DNA of 64,000 bases, taken from positions 576,001 to 640,000 of the forward strand of contig CAXXVL010000001.1 in NCBI GenBank assembly GCA_963667845.2, given 5' to 3'. Under the pieces are notes generated by a model that saw nothing but the letters and a program-made list of their open reading frames with translations, was not told where the DNA came from and searched no databases. Positions 20,459 to 30,332 of this stretch are shown piece by piece. Position 1 is the first letter of the stretch. Every line of letters starts with the position of its first letter. This DNA comes from Smithellaceae bacterium (GTDB lineage Bacteria; Desulfobacterota; Syntrophia; Syntrophales; Smithellaceae). A program made the position numbers and the translations under genes.

Positions 20459-20583
20459 AAGATCACCTTTCTTGTCGAAATTTTCATCCGGAAAATATCG
20501 AGGATGGTCCGAAGACCATTCCGGAGCAAACGTTTTCTGACTTTGGGGTTGGGGAGCGGTTGCTGTATCGCATAAAGAATCAT
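20455..20583 (-). CDS. Putative 42-aa basic small protein coupled to the HtrA gene
   Basis: Not in the ORF track; RBS GAGGTGGTG; its TGA overlaps the HtrA ATG (ATGA). Confidence 0.4.
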   Translation of the reverse strand: MILYAIQQPLPNPKVRKRLLRNGLRTILDIFRMKISTRKVIL

Positions 20584-20806
20584 AATCTCACCACCTCACA
20601 CGTATTTGCCTTCTTCACTATTGTTAAAATACCTGCATTAGATTGGCAATCGTCGTTTATTGATAGGAAAATGATAGTATTGTATTATCTTGGCCCGCTG
20701 CTCCTTGAGATCGAGATGGATTCCTGTTCATGCGCCGGATTATTTTCGGCGAAGGCCAAACGGCCGAAGAATGCCGGCCGTCGACCTTCATTGGATTCAC
20801 GAGAGC

Positions 20807-21268
20807 TTATTTACTTCTTACGGTGCAGGCATCCTGTTTGACTAAGAAAATGGAGCAGGGCAACGCTCTGATGATTTCTTCATTGCTTCCCCCGACCAGC
20901 ATGCGTTCCAGTCGGCTCTCCGCACTGCTGCGCAGAACAAGCAAATCGATATTTTCATCTTTCACGAGTTTCAGAATGACTTCGGAAGGGATACCTTCCT
21001 TGATCAATTCTTTAATTGCCATACCCTTCTTTTTTTCCATCAATATAATTTCGTGCAATTCCGTCCTTTGTTTTTCCATGTCCCGTTTGTGTTCCTCTTC
21101 TACGGAGACCATGGGGATACTCCACCCTTTCAGCCATGTCGTATCTATAATATGAGAGACGGTGAGCTCCGCCTTATATTTTTGGGCCAGAGAGATACCC
21201 GCTTCAAGGGTGTTGTTGCAGTGTCTGCTCAACCAGGTCACGACAAGAATACGATTAATAAACTCCAT
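20807..21268 (-). CDS. Universal stress protein (Usp)
   Basis: RILV, G.P..VI, DLLVL, GGSNEEIIRALPCSIFLVK. Confidence 0.88.
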   Translation of the reverse strand: MEFINRILVVTWLSRHCNNTLEAGISLAQKYKAELTVSHIIDTTWLKGWSIPMVSVEEEHKRDMEKQRTELHEIILMEKKKGMAIKELIKEGIPSEVILKLVKDENIDLLVLRSSAESRLERMLVGGSNEEIIRALPCSIFLVKQDACTVRSK

Positions 21269-21312
21269 AATATTCCTCCTTCACGATGAGGTGGGGTATC
21301 CTGAATCAGTCT

Positions 21313-21615
21313 TTATTTAAGCCACAGGGCATGTTCTTCCTGGAGGAGCGCCTGCGTCCGTTTGGCAAACCGGTTTTTAACTTTTGCGGCGGCGGTGATT
21401 TTGCGCACACCATTGTATCTTTTCTTGGGGATCAGGCTCAAATCGCCAGGGACGGCGTCGTCGTTGTCGTCGGGCAGCACGGCGATATTGTCGATCACGG
21501 CCGCGTATATGTCTGCCGATTGATCCTCAATGGCGTTGATGCCGCCAAAAATGCCTTGATCCGGCATCAGGTTATCAAACACGTTCGCTTCCACGGTCGT
21601 TTGTTGCTGTTCCAT
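21313..21615 (-). CDS. Hypothetical protein
   Basis: RBS AGAGGAGG before MEQQQ; co-oriented within the operon; no family recognised. Confidence 0.5.
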   Translation of the reverse strand: MEQQQTTVEANVFDNLMPDQGIFGGINAIEDQSADIYAAVIDNIAVLPDDNDDAVPGDLSLIPKKRYNGVRKITAAAKVKNRFAKRTQALLQEEHALWLK

Positions 21616-21711
21616 TGTGGTACCTCCTCTTCTCGTTTGTGTACTTATTGCGTGCTTAATGTTTTCTTCTGCGTACCTTATGAAATAAGATCCCAATTCG
21701 ATTCCAAAGGA

Positions 21712-22023
21712 CTAGGCATCAATGTCTTTTTTCATTTTGTCATAGTCTTCTTTCGTGATTTCTCCCTGGGCATATCGTCTTTTCAAAATATCCAGGGGCG
21801 TTTCCTGCGGTATTGTTCCCGTGGTTTTTGTTCTGAGGTTCTGAATGATAAAATAGGCAACGACCGCAATAACCACAACAAACACGATCCACATAAACAT
21901 GCCTCCGAATCCGCAGCCGTAATTCATGTGATCCCATCGGCCGTCCATCGGTCCGCGGTAACCGCTGCAGCCTGCCGCGAACCCTGCCAAGGCCGTCGCT
22001 ATCAGGAATAAAGTTCGTGCCAA
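21712..22023 (-). CDS. SHOCT-domain membrane lipoprotein
   Basis: TTG start after GGGAGGA; AAGC lipobox-like; TM helix; ILKRRYAQGEITKEDY. Confidence 0.85.
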   Translation of the reverse strand: MARTLFLIATALAGFAAGCSGYRGPMDGRWDHMNYGCGFGGMFMWIVFVVVIAVVAYFIIQNLRTKTTGTIPQETPLDILKRRYAQGEITKEDYDKMKKDIDA

Positions 22024-22037
22024 TGAATCAGTCCTCC

Positions 22038-22424
22038 CTAGATAATCGAATTAAAAACCTTCTCCAGTTTCGCCTCCACTTCATCTGCCAGGGCGCCAAG
22101 CTTTGCGTTATCCACCATCTGCATGGCTACCTTGGGTCTGATGATCGCCAGCGCCGTTTTGCCGTCTTTTTCATAGAGGATGACATTACAGGGCAGTAAA
22201 AGACCGATGTCTTCTTCCGCCAGGATCGCCTGATGGGCGTGGGGCGGACTGCAGGCGCCCAGGATGACGTACTTCGGGAAATCAATCCCCAGTTTTTCTT
22301 TGAATTTCTGCGCGACGTCGATTTCCGACATAATTCCAAAGCCTTCTTTTTTCAGGGCCTCCGTAGCTTTGTCTTTTACCGCTGCAAAAGGCTGCGTCAG
22401 TATTTTTTTGAATCCGTAAGTCAT
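22038..22424 (-). CDS. DUF302 domain protein
   Basis: EGFGIMSEID, YVILGAC.P, IGLLLPCNV. Confidence 0.9.
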   Translation of the reverse strand: MTYGFKKILTQPFAAVKDKATEALKKEGFGIMSEIDVAQKFKEKLGIDFPKYVILGACSPPHAHQAILAEEDIGLLLPCNVILYEKDGKTALAIIRPKVAMQMVDNAKLGALADEVEAKLEKVFNSII

Positions 22425-22634
22425 CGCGCGAATCCTTTCTGTAAAAACGCCAATATCCAAAATCAATTCTAATTGACGGCCGCCGCGCCTTTACTGAATT
22501 TTCCCGGACGTGCCGCCCGCCGTGTTTCTCCCTTAATATTGTGGATCGTTATAAGATTTACAATCATCGTTATTGGGCAGGTTAATGGCAGGTAGATACT
22601 ACCAATTCATGAGGATGGGCTTGGATCGGGGTTG

Positions 22635-22693
22635 AATCCCGCTTAAGCGGAACACGTGTTGATTCCCTGTCGCTTGCTGCGAGGTGGTTGATT
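22635..22693 (+). repeat. Family A repeat, short form
   Basis: AATCCCGCTTAAGCGGAAC..TTCCCTGTCGCTTGCTGCGAGGTGGTTGATT. Confidence 0.88.
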
Positions 22694-22786
22694 CAGGCCA
22701 TTGCGGGCAGGTCCTTATCGAACCCGCCGGGGTTCGCATCGGGCCGGACTTCGCGTAAATTTCCAGTATATTCATATAGAATGGCT

Positions 22787-22984
22787 TCAGGATTGCTCTT
22801 TTACCGCCTCTGTCCTGCGGCTCATCTTCGACTTGCGGCCCTCCGCCGAGGGCGCCTGCAGAAGAGCCACGACACTGGACTTGTGTTCGATCGCAGGGAG
22901 ATCTTCCTTCAAAAGGGCATTTGCAAAATTATTAATGCGAAGCATCAACTGATTCCACTCTTGTTCCGAGGCTTGCTGATTCAT
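22787..22984 (-). CDS. Small hypothetical protein
   Basis: RBS AAAGGAG with suitable spacing; no family recognised. Confidence 0.4.
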   Translation of the reverse strand: MNQQASEQEWNQLMLRINNFANALLKEDLPAIEHKSSVVALLQAPSAEGRKSKMSRRTEAVKEQS

Positions 22985-23391
22985 GATAATCTCCTTTCGA
23001 TATTTCTGTATTATGGGTTCGGGAGGAGAGTATCGAGTTCCATTTCCAATGACAATACTGATTAAATGTAAGGATATTAGCAGGCAATCTCTACCACAGA
23101 GAAAGACGCATTTTGAGGCTCATCCGTGCCGTCATTCATCCGGAAGAGCTTCGGGGACGACTGTGGCGGCGGAAGGCAGAAGGGGGGCAAAGGGAGATCC
23201 GCCCTTGCTAAGTGACGGTCCGGGCTTTAGATTATAAAAGCCGGGCAGGGTCGCGAAAACGGTAATTATTCATGATTTCAAGGAGATGAAAAATGTATTC
23301 CGGCAAACACCTGCTTGAATTTTACCCTCCTTCATGGTAGCGTGCGAGCAATGATGAAAACGGAATGGATCAACATCAGGAAGGAAAAATC

Positions 23392-24027
23392 TTGAAATAT
23401 TATCCGGTCTTTTGGGACATCACCGGGAAGAAATGCGTCGTGATCGGCGGCGGCGATGTGGCAGCCAGAAAAGTTGCGCGCCTGTTGGATTGCGGTGCAA
23501 AAGTCTGCGTGGTGAGCCCCAAACTTGTTGCGGAGCTTGTCCGTCTGAAAGACGACCGATTGATCGAACATGTCAACGATGACTATGCGCGCGAGCAGCT
23601 TTACGGAGCGGCGCTGGTCATCGGTGCGACGGATGATGAAAAAACCAATGCCGCGGTTTCGCGCGACGCCAAAGCCAGGGGTATTCCGGTTAATATCGTT
23701 GATGATCCGCAAAAATGTGATTTCATTTTACCATCGCTTGTCGAACGCGGCGATCTGACGATCGCCTGCGGCACCGGCGGCGCTTCTCCGGCGCTGGCGC
23801 GCCACTTGCGCGAGGAGCTTGAAAATACCTATGGAGAAGAATATGCGACGCTTATCGATATCCTCGGCAAGCTGAGAGGCAGGATGGAGAAGAATGCGGG
23901 TTTGGGCAAGCTCTGGTTTGACGGTCTCCTGGCGGCAGGCTTGCTCGACGCCATCCGCGTGAAGGACCAAAGCCGCGTGAAGAAGATCGTTCATGATGTT
24001 ACAGGCGAGGAGGTGGGGCTTGATTAG
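23392..24027 (+). CDS. sirC: Precorrin-2 dehydrogenase / sirohydrochlorin ferrochelatase (SirC/Met8p/CysG N-terminal type)
   Basis: YYP.F, VIGGGDVAARK, ATDD, VNIVDDP..CDF.LP; TTG start assumed (alternative 23365). Confidence 0.9.
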   Translation: MKYYPVFWDITGKKCVVIGGGDVAARKVARLLDCGAKVCVVSPKLVAELVRLKDDRLIEHVNDDYAREQLYGAALVIGATDDEKTNAAVSRDAKARGIPVNIVDDPQKCDFILPSLVERGDLTIACGTGGASPALARHLREELENTYGEEYATLIDILGKLRGRMEKNAGLGKLWFDGLLAAGLLDAIRVKDQSRVKKIVHDVTGEEVGLD

Positions 24028-24844
24028 TTTGGAAATCATTTTGTTCGCGGCGGCCCTCGGCTTCTGCGTATTGGCTACCGCCGGGTACCTGCTTTCCCTG
24101 CTCGGCAAGAAAGCGACGCTCGCCGGGATATCCACCTGGGTTCTGGCAGCGGGCTTTATTCTCCTGACGCTCTATCTGCTGGTTGCGGCCATGCATCGGG
24201 CCGGGTGGGACAACTTCGGTTCGCGCTATTTTCTGTCGGTCTACGCCTGGGCGATTGCCGGGATTTACCTGGGAACGCAATTTAAAACCGGGACCCGGTT
24301 GCTGGGCGCTTTCATCGCGCCGTTCATTTTATTATTTCTGATTGCCGCTGCGGGCCAGGGTGCAGGCAGGAATCTTGTGCCGCTCCAGTGGCAGGGCGGA
24401 CTCACGGCGGCGCACCTGGTGCTGGCCATTGCCGGAGAGGCGCTCTTTGTCCTGGCCTCGGCCGCCGGGGCGATGTTCCTGGTTCAAAACAGCCTTTTGA
24501 AACATAAGAAACTGGGGGCGCTCGGCCGGTTGCTGCCCTCGCTCAATGATTTGGATCGGCTCAATCATCTGGGGCTTTTGTGGGGATTTCCCCTGCTGAC
24601 GCTGGGGCTGATCGGGGGCGCCGTTTACGCCGCCTTTGTCTGGGGAGGCCTGTGGCCTGCCGATCCGAAAGTGATCTGGGCTTTTGCGGTCTGGGTGGTT
24701 TACGGCTTCCTCCTGCATCAGCGTCTGGCCATCGGCTGGAAAGGTTCCCGGATGGCTGTCCTGTCGGGCCTGGCCTTCCTCTTTTTTGTGTTGTCCACGC
24801 TGGTCGTCAGATTTTGTTTCGCCACCGTGCATAATTTTATTTGA
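24020..24844 (+). CDS. ccsA: Cytochrome c assembly protein, CcsA/HemX-like
   Basis: Multi-TM; conserved His; LP.L..LD; W.ADPK; adjacent to hemA; TTG start after GAGGAGG. Confidence 0.8.
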   Translation: MISLEIILFAAALGFCVLATAGYLLSLLGKKATLAGISTWVLAAGFILLTLYLLVAAMHRAGWDNFGSRYFLSVYAWAIAGIYLGTQFKTGTRLLGAFIAPFILLFLIAAAGQGAGRNLVPLQWQGGLTAAHLVLAIAGEALFVLASAAGAMFLVQNSLLKHKKLGALGRLLPSLNDLDRLNHLGLLWGFPLLTLGLIGGAVYAAFVWGGLWPADPKVIWAFAVWVVYGFLLHQRLAIGWKGSRMAVLSGLAFLFFVLSTLVVRFCFATVHNFI

Positions 24845-24848
24845 GACT

Positions 24849-26111
24849 ATGATTGCACTTGTCGGATTAAACCATAGAACGGCGCCGCTTGCCGTGCGCG
24901 AACGACTCTTTGCCGGATGCCAGGAGCGGGAGAATATTCTCGCCGATCTGCTGGCGCAAGACGGCGTGCGGGAAATTCTGCACCTCTCCACCTGCAACCG
25001 CATTGAGATCGTTGCAGCGACGGATCAGGCCCAGGGAGCAATCCATGGACTCAAATCTTATCTGGCAGGCCGGGGCGGTTTGACGGCTGAGGAAGCGGCG
25101 AACTGCCTTTACGCATATCAGGACGAGGAGGCGATCCGGCATTTGTTCCGCGTGACGTCCAGTCTGGATTCGCTGGTCATGGGCGAGGCGCAGATTCTGG
25201 GTCAGGTCAAGGACGCTTACCGGCAGGCGCTTACGCAAAACGTCACGGGCATAGCGCTCAATCGCCTGATGCACCGGGCCTTCCGTACGGCCAAACGCGT
25301 GCGGACGGAAACGGGCATTGCGGCCAATCCGGTATCGGTGAGCTTTGCCGCAGTCGAACTGGCCAAGAAAATATTCGGTACGCTCGCCGGTAAAAAGATT
25401 CTGGTGATCGGTGCGGGGGAGATGGCGGAGCTCACGTGCACGCATTTGATCGGGAACGGCGCCGAAGAAATCACTGTTGCCAACCGGTCTGTGACCCAGG
25501 CCGAGGTGCTTGCCGAAAAATATCACGGTAAAGCCGTAGGGCTTGCCGCTCTTGACGAAGCGCTGTGTGATGCTGATATTGTGATCAGTTCCACCGGCGC
25601 GCCGTCCTTTGTGATCACTGCGGACATGATTCGGCACTGCCTGCGCAAGCGGAAGAACCGTCTTTTGTTTTTAGTCGATATCGCCGTGCCGCGCGACATC
25701 GATCCCGCGGTGGACGGCATTGAAAATGTCTACCTTTACAATATCGATAATTTGCAGGACATTGTCGACGAGAATATCAAGAATCGCCGCCGCGAGTCGC
25801 TCAAGGCCGAGCAGATTGTTGTTGAGGAAGTGGCGCAGTATTTGAGCTGGCTTAAGGAACTCGACGCGGTTCCGACGATTGTGTCCCTGCGGGGCAAGGC
25901 CGAAGGGATTGTGCGGATGGAGCTTATGAAAGCGGGAAGCTGGATGGGAAATCTGGCCAACACAGACCGCGAAAAAATCGAAGCGCTGGTGAACGGCATC
26001 GTGAACAAGATCCTGCATGCGCCGATGACCGCGATGAAGGAAGAAAGCGCCGAGTTCAAATCTCGTGATATTGTGGCCGCCGCGAGGCAGCTGTTTAAAC
26101 TGGATGATTGA
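24849..26111 (+). CDS. hemA: Glutamyl-tRNA reductase
   Basis: GLNHRTAP, STCNRIE, LDSLVMGEAQILGQVK, GAGEM, DIAVPRD. Confidence 0.97.
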   Translation: MIALVGLNHRTAPLAVRERLFAGCQERENILADLLAQDGVREILHLSTCNRIEIVAATDQAQGAIHGLKSYLAGRGGLTAEEAANCLYAYQDEEAIRHLFRVTSSLDSLVMGEAQILGQVKDAYRQALTQNVTGIALNRLMHRAFRTAKRVRTETGIAANPVSVSFAAVELAKKIFGTLAGKKILVIGAGEMAELTCTHLIGNGAEEITVANRSVTQAEVLAEKYHGKAVGLAALDEALCDADIVISSTGAPSFVITADMIRHCLRKRKNRLLFLVDIAVPRDIDPAVDGIENVYLYNIDNLQDIVDENIKNRRRESLKAEQIVVEEVAQYLSWLKELDAVPTIVSLRGKAEGIVRMELMKAGSWMGNLANTDREKIEALVNGIVNKILHAPMTAMKEESAEFKSRDIVAAARQLFKLDD

Positions 26112-26173
26112 TGATCGGGAACTTTCCCTGCACAGTCCCTCCCCTCCCGGGGAGGAAATGAATAGGAATTATT

Positions 26174-27088
26174 ATGCATATTAAAATAGGAACACGCGGC
26201 AGCAAGCTGGCGCTCGCGCAAACCCACTCGGTGGTTGATCAATTAAAAAAAGTCATTCCGGAAATCGCAGCCGAGGTCACCGTGATTAAGACCAGCGGCG
26301 ACATCATGCAGGATGTGTCGCTCATGCAAATCGGCGGCCAGGGCGTCTTTGTCAAGGAAATTGAAGAAGCGCTCCTTTCCGGAAGCATCGATCTGGCCGT
26401 CCACAGCATGAAAGACGTTCCGGGCGACATCCCGGAGAGGTTGACCTTTGCCGCCGTTCTGCAGCGGGAAGATGTCCGCGACGTTCTGGTATCGCGCGGC
26501 AATGTCAAGTTGGAGTTTCTGCCCAGAGGCGCCAGGATCGGTACGGGTTCGCTGAGAAGAGGTGCACAAATACAGTCGATTCTGCCCGATGTAACCATTA
26601 TGCCGTTGCGCGGCAATATCGACACGCGGCTCAAAAAGATTGAAACGGAAAATCTCACCGGTGTCATTCTGGCGGCGGCAGGCATGAAACGGCTGGGGTA
26701 TGCTCAGGTGATTTCGCAATTTCTGCCGATTGAATTGATGCTGCCGGCGGTAGGACAGGGGGCTCTGGGTTTGCAGATCCGGGAAACCGATACAGACCTG
26801 TTCAAGGTTCTGGCAAAGCTCAATCATGTTCCCACGGCCACGGAAGTTGCCGCAGAGCGGTCCTATCTCAGAGCGCTGGGCGGCGGATGCCGTCTGCCGA
26901 TTGCGGCTTACGGTCTCATCGAAGGCGGCCGCTTGACGCTGGAAGGCCTGGTCGCAGCGCCGAACGGTGCAAGCGTTGTCCGGGATAAAGTCTGGGGCGA
27001 GCTTAATGATGCCGAAGCAATGGGCAAAAGACTGGCCGACATGATCATGGAAAAGGGCGGCAAGAAACTGCTGGATCTGGTGTGCTAG
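26174..27088 (+). CDS. hemC: Hydroxymethylbilane synthase
   Basis: IGTRGSKLALAQ, DLAVHSMKD, RGNIDTRL, GGC. Confidence 0.97.
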   Translation: MHIKIGTRGSKLALAQTHSVVDQLKKVIPEIAAEVTVIKTSGDIMQDVSLMQIGGQGVFVKEIEEALLSGSIDLAVHSMKDVPGDIPERLTFAAVLQREDVRDVLVSRGNVKLEFLPRGARIGTGSLRRGAQIQSILPDVTIMPLRGNIDTRLKKIETENLTGVILAAAGMKRLGYAQVISQFLPIELMLPAVGQGALGLQIRETDTDLFKVLAKLNHVPTATEVAAERSYLRALGGGCRLPIAAYGLIEGGRLTLEGLVAAPNGASVVRDKVWGELNDAEAMGKRLADMIMEKGGKKLLDLVC

Positions 27089-27105
27089 GTTGAGCAACAC
27101 TTCGA

Positions 27106-27150
27106 CGTCATTCCTGCGAATATCTTAATGGTTACGAGTGCGGGAATGCA
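27106..27150 (+). repeat. Degenerate CGTC-tagged hairpin with an insertion in its loop (family B1)
   Basis: CGTCATTCCTGCGAA, about 18 extra nt, then GCGGGAATGCA. Confidence 0.6.
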
Positions 27151-27176
27151 AAATAATGGGGAAGGACCAGAAGCCT

Positions 27177-27574
27177 CGTCATTCCCGCGAAGGCGGGAAT
27201 CCAGTTTTCTTGATGGTTTTGCTTATGCAACATTCTTATGTTTACATTTTGGCAAGTCAGAAAAATGGTACTTTGTACGTAGGCGTCACGAGTGATTTGG
27301 CCAAACGCATTTATGAACATAAAAATGACTTGATCGATGGATTTTCAAAAAAATATAATATTCATGACCTCGTATATTATGAAGTGCATAATGAAATCGA
27401 AGAAGCGATTACCAGAGAGAAACAAATCAAGAAATGGAACAGAAACTGGAGACTGAGATTGATAGAGGAAAGAAATCCCGGATGGAAAGATTTGTATGAT
27501 GAAATTATTTAGTAACTGCTCGCGCTCTCGCGCAAAATATTTATTCCTGGATTCCCGCCTTCGCGGGAATGACG
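27177..27574 (+). mobile_element. GIY-YIG nuclease cassette bounded by perfect 28-bp inverted hairpin repeats (element B1)
   Basis: 27177-27204 CGTCATTCCCGCGAAGGCGGGAATCCAG is the exact reverse complement of 27547-27574; AT-rich interior; interrupts the heme operon; mobility is inferred. Confidence 0.7.
27225..27512 (+). CDS. Stand-alone GIY-YIG nuclease (95 aa)
   Basis: YVYIL...LYVGVT.DL..RIYEHK, AITREKQIKKW, NP.WKDL. Confidence 0.93.
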   Translation: MQHSYVYILASQKNGTLYVGVTSDLAKRIYEHKNDLIDGFSKKYNIHDLVYYEVHNEIEEAITREKQIKKWNRNWRLRLIEERNPGWKDLYDEII

Positions 27575-27587
27575 CAGTTGGTGCAAT

Positions 27588-29132
27588 ATGACCGAGAAAA
27601 TAAAACCGGGGAAAGTCTATATTATCGGGGCGGGGCCGGGCGACCCGGGACTTATTACGATTAAAGCCGTCGAGTGCCTGCGCCTGGCGGATGTCGTGAT
27701 TTACGACAATCTGGTGAATGAAGACCTGCTGAAATACGCGAAGGCGACAGCCCGCTTTATCTACGCGGGAAAGAAGGGCGGCGATCATACGCTGTCGCAG
27801 GATAAGATCAATGAACTGCTGGCCCGGGAGGCCCTGGCCGGCAATACCGTTGCCCGTCTCAAGGGCGGCGATCCGTTTATCTTCGGGCGCGGCGGCGAAG
27901 AAGCCGAAGTGCTGGTGGGTGAGGGCGTTCCCTTTGAAGTCATCCCGGGCGTCACGTCGGCGATCGCGGTTCCCGCTTACGCGGGCATTCCGCTCACGCA
28001 TCGCGGGCTCACGTCGACGGTGGCCTTTATCACCGGCCACGAAGATCCGACCAAGGAGCAAAGCGATATCGACTGGCAGGCGCTCGTCGGCATCGGCACA
28101 CTGGTCTTTCTGATGGGTGTGAAGAATCTCGGGCAGATCGCCGGAGCGCTGATCTCGCGCGGCAAGCCGCCTGATACGCCGGCGGCATTGATTCGCCGCG
28201 GGACGACGCCGCATCAACAAATCCTCGCCGGAACATTGGCCACCATTGTTGACCTGGCGCGGACCAATGAATTCAAGCCTCCGGCCATTCTCGTGGTAGG
28301 TCCGGTTGTTGACCTGAGAGAAACGCTCCGCTGGTTTGATACCAAACCGCTTTTCGGCAAAGGCGTCGTTATCACGAGACCCGAGCGGCAGGCCGATGAT
28401 CTGGCGTCTCTTCTTGCGGCCGAGGGCGCAAGTCCCATTCCTTTTCCAACGATCAGTATTGAACCGCCTTCCGGCTGGAGCGAACTGGATCGCGCCATCG
28501 GGGAATTGGAATCCTATGAGTGGCTGATTTTCACCAGCGCCAACGGCGTCCACTTCTTCTTTAAGCGGCTCAAGGAAATTGGCGGGGACGTCCGTGACCT
28601 GAAAGGGATCAAAATATGCTGCATCGGTCCGGCCACGGCGAAACAGATTGAAGACCGGGGTATCAGGGTGGATCTGATGCCCGATGAGTTCATCGCCGAA
28701 GGCATTTTGAAATCGTTTGCACCGATGGACTTGCGGGGAATGAAGATTCTGATTCCGCGCGCCGCCAAAGCCCGAGACATCCTGCCCGAGACGCTGAAAA
28801 AGCAGGGAGCCCTTGTGGAGGTCGTGACCGCGTATCAGACGGTCAGCTCCGGACGAAAGAAAGAAGAGCTCGCGGAAAGAATCGACGCGGGTGACGTGGA
28901 TGTGATCACCTTCACCAGTTCATCGACGGTGACCAACTTTATCGACATCATGGGTAAGGACTACGCGCTGCCGCCGGGCGTGAAAATCGCCTGCATCGGC
29001 CCGGTAACGGCGGCAACCGCCAAAAAGGCAGGCTTTAAGGTCGATATTCAGCAGGAGGAATACACGATGGAGGGCCTGGTGCACTCCCTCGTCAATTATT
29101 TTCAAAACGAATCGTCAAGCAGGGACGAGTAA
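27588..29132 (+). CDS. cobA: Uroporphyrinogen-III C-methyltransferase / synthase fusion (CobA-HemD)
   Basis: [11 protein letters not shown] and [17 protein letters not shown]-terminal HemD with FTSANGV and FTSSST. Confidence 0.95.
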   Translation: MTEKIKPGKVYIIGAGPGDPGLITIKAVECLRLADVVIYDNLVNEDLLKYAKATARFIYAGKKGGDHTLSQDKINELLAREALAGNTVARLKGGDPFIFGRGGEEAEVLVGEGVPFEVIPGVTSAIAVPAYAGIPLTHRGLTSTVAFITGHEDPTKEQSDIDWQALVGIGTLVFLMGVKNLGQIAGALISRGKPPDTPAALIRRGTTPHQQILAGTLATIVDLARTNEFKPPAILVVGPVVDLRETLRWFDTKPLFGKGVVITRPERQADDLASLLAAEGASPIPFPTISIEPPSGWSELDRAIGELESYEWLIFTSANGVHFFFKRLKEIGGDVRDLKGIKICCIGPATAKQIEDRGIRVDLMPDEFIAEGILKSFAPMDLRGMKILIPRAAKARDILPETLKKQGALVEVVTAYQTVSSGRKKEELAERIDAGDVDVITFTSSSTVTNFIDIMGKDYALPPGVKIACIGPVTAATAKKAGFKVDIQQEEYTMEGLVHSLVNYFQNESSSRDE

Positions 29133-29141
29133 GGCAAAGAT

Positions 29142-30329
29142 ATGATCGGTATTTCGAAATTATACTGCGGGGCGGTGGAGCCGTCCGATGTGCTGCGCTA
29201 TAACAGGTATTCGGGCAAGCTTCCGTCGCATCTGCTGCAGTTTTCATCGGACAAGAAACCGGTGGTGGTCTGGAACATGACGCGCCGCTGCAATTTGAAA
29301 TGCATCCACTGCTATTCCAATTCCGCCAATGTCGATTACCCCGATGAGTTGACCACCGAGGAAGGCAAAAGGATGATTGATGACCTCGCGGCGTTCGGCG
29401 CTCCGGTCATCCTGTTCTCCGGCGGTGAGCCGCTCATGCGGCAAGACCTCCTGGAGCTCGCTCAATATGCGACGGACAAGGGCATGCGCGCGGTGATTTC
29501 CACCAACGGCACGCTCATTACCAAAGAGATCGCGACCGAACTCAAAAAAATCGGCCTGTCGTATGTGGGCGTGAGCCTCGACGGCCTGCAAAAAACCCAC
29601 GACTGTTTCCGCGGCACGAAAGGCGCGTTTGAAAAAGCGATCGAAGGTATTCGCAACTGCCGCGACGCCGGCATCAAGGTCGGGCTCAGGTTCACGGTGA
29701 ATAAGCACAATCTGGCCGATGTCGCTGCTATGTTCGACTTGCTGAGGCGCGAAAAAATCGAACGCCTGTGTTTCTATCATCTCGTTTACACGGGCCGCGG
29801 CTCCAAACTGCGCGAGGAGGACCTGACCCATGAAGAGGCGCGGAAGCTTCTGGATCTCATCGCCGCAAAAACGAAAGAAATGTTCGACGACGGACTGGCG
29901 CCGGAAATCCTGACCGTTGATAACCACGCCGACGGCCCGTATCTGTATCTGAAAATGAGGGAAGAAAATCCGGCCCGGGCCTGCGAGGTTCTGGAGCTTC
30001 TGGAGATGAATGAAGGCAATTCATCGGGCCAGGGCATCGGCTGTGTGAGCTGGGACGGTGAAGTGTATCCCGACCAATTCTGGCGCAATCAGCCGCTCGG
30101 AAATGTCCGGCAAAAACCGTTCAGTCAAATATGGACAGACGAGACCAATGAATTCCTGATGAAACTGAAGGATAAGAAAAAACACGTCCACGGACGCTGC
30201 GCCTCGTGCGCGTGGCTCACGGTCTGCGGCGGCAATTTCCGCGCGCGGGCCGAATCGGCGGGCGACGTCTGGGGGCCGGATCCGGCCTGTTATTTGACGG
30301 ATGAAGAAATATCGACAAGGGAGGTCTAG
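29142..30329 (+). CDS. ahbC: Radical SAM 12,18-didecarboxysiroheme deacetylase (Fe-coproporphyrin synthase)
   Basis: MIGISKLYCG start, CNLKCIHCY, DNHADGPY, SPASM cysteines; heme operon context. Confidence 0.9.
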   Translation: MIGISKLYCGAVEPSDVLRYNRYSGKLPSHLLQFSSDKKPVVVWNMTRRCNLKCIHCYSNSANVDYPDELTTEEGKRMIDDLAAFGAPVILFSGGEPLMRQDLLELAQYATDKGMRAVISTNGTLITKEIATELKKIGLSYVGVSLDGLQKTHDCFRGTKGAFEKAIEGIRNCRDAGIKVGLRFTVNKHNLADVAAMFDLLRREKIERLCFYHLVYTGRGSKLREEDLTHEEARKLLDLIAAKTKEMFDDGLAPEILTVDNHADGPYLYLKMREENPARACEVLELLEMNEGNSSGQGIGCVSWDGEVYPDQFWRNQPLGNVRQKPFSQIWTDETNEFLMKLKDKKKHVHGRCASCAWLTVCGGNFRARAESAGDVWGPDPACYLTDEEISTREV

Positions 30330-30332
30330 ATT

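Noticed and set aside
21313..21615. Degenerate CBS domain in the hypothetical protein
   Set aside because: Only a vague LP.D....G.LS resemblance; not supportable by eye.
27138..27224. N-terminal ORF extensions (also 24684 hemA, 50146 recQ, 61926 Fe-S protein, 55613 S74 protein)
   Set aside because: The extensions translate repeats, upstream genes or leader DNA; downstream starts match family N-termini or better RBSs.
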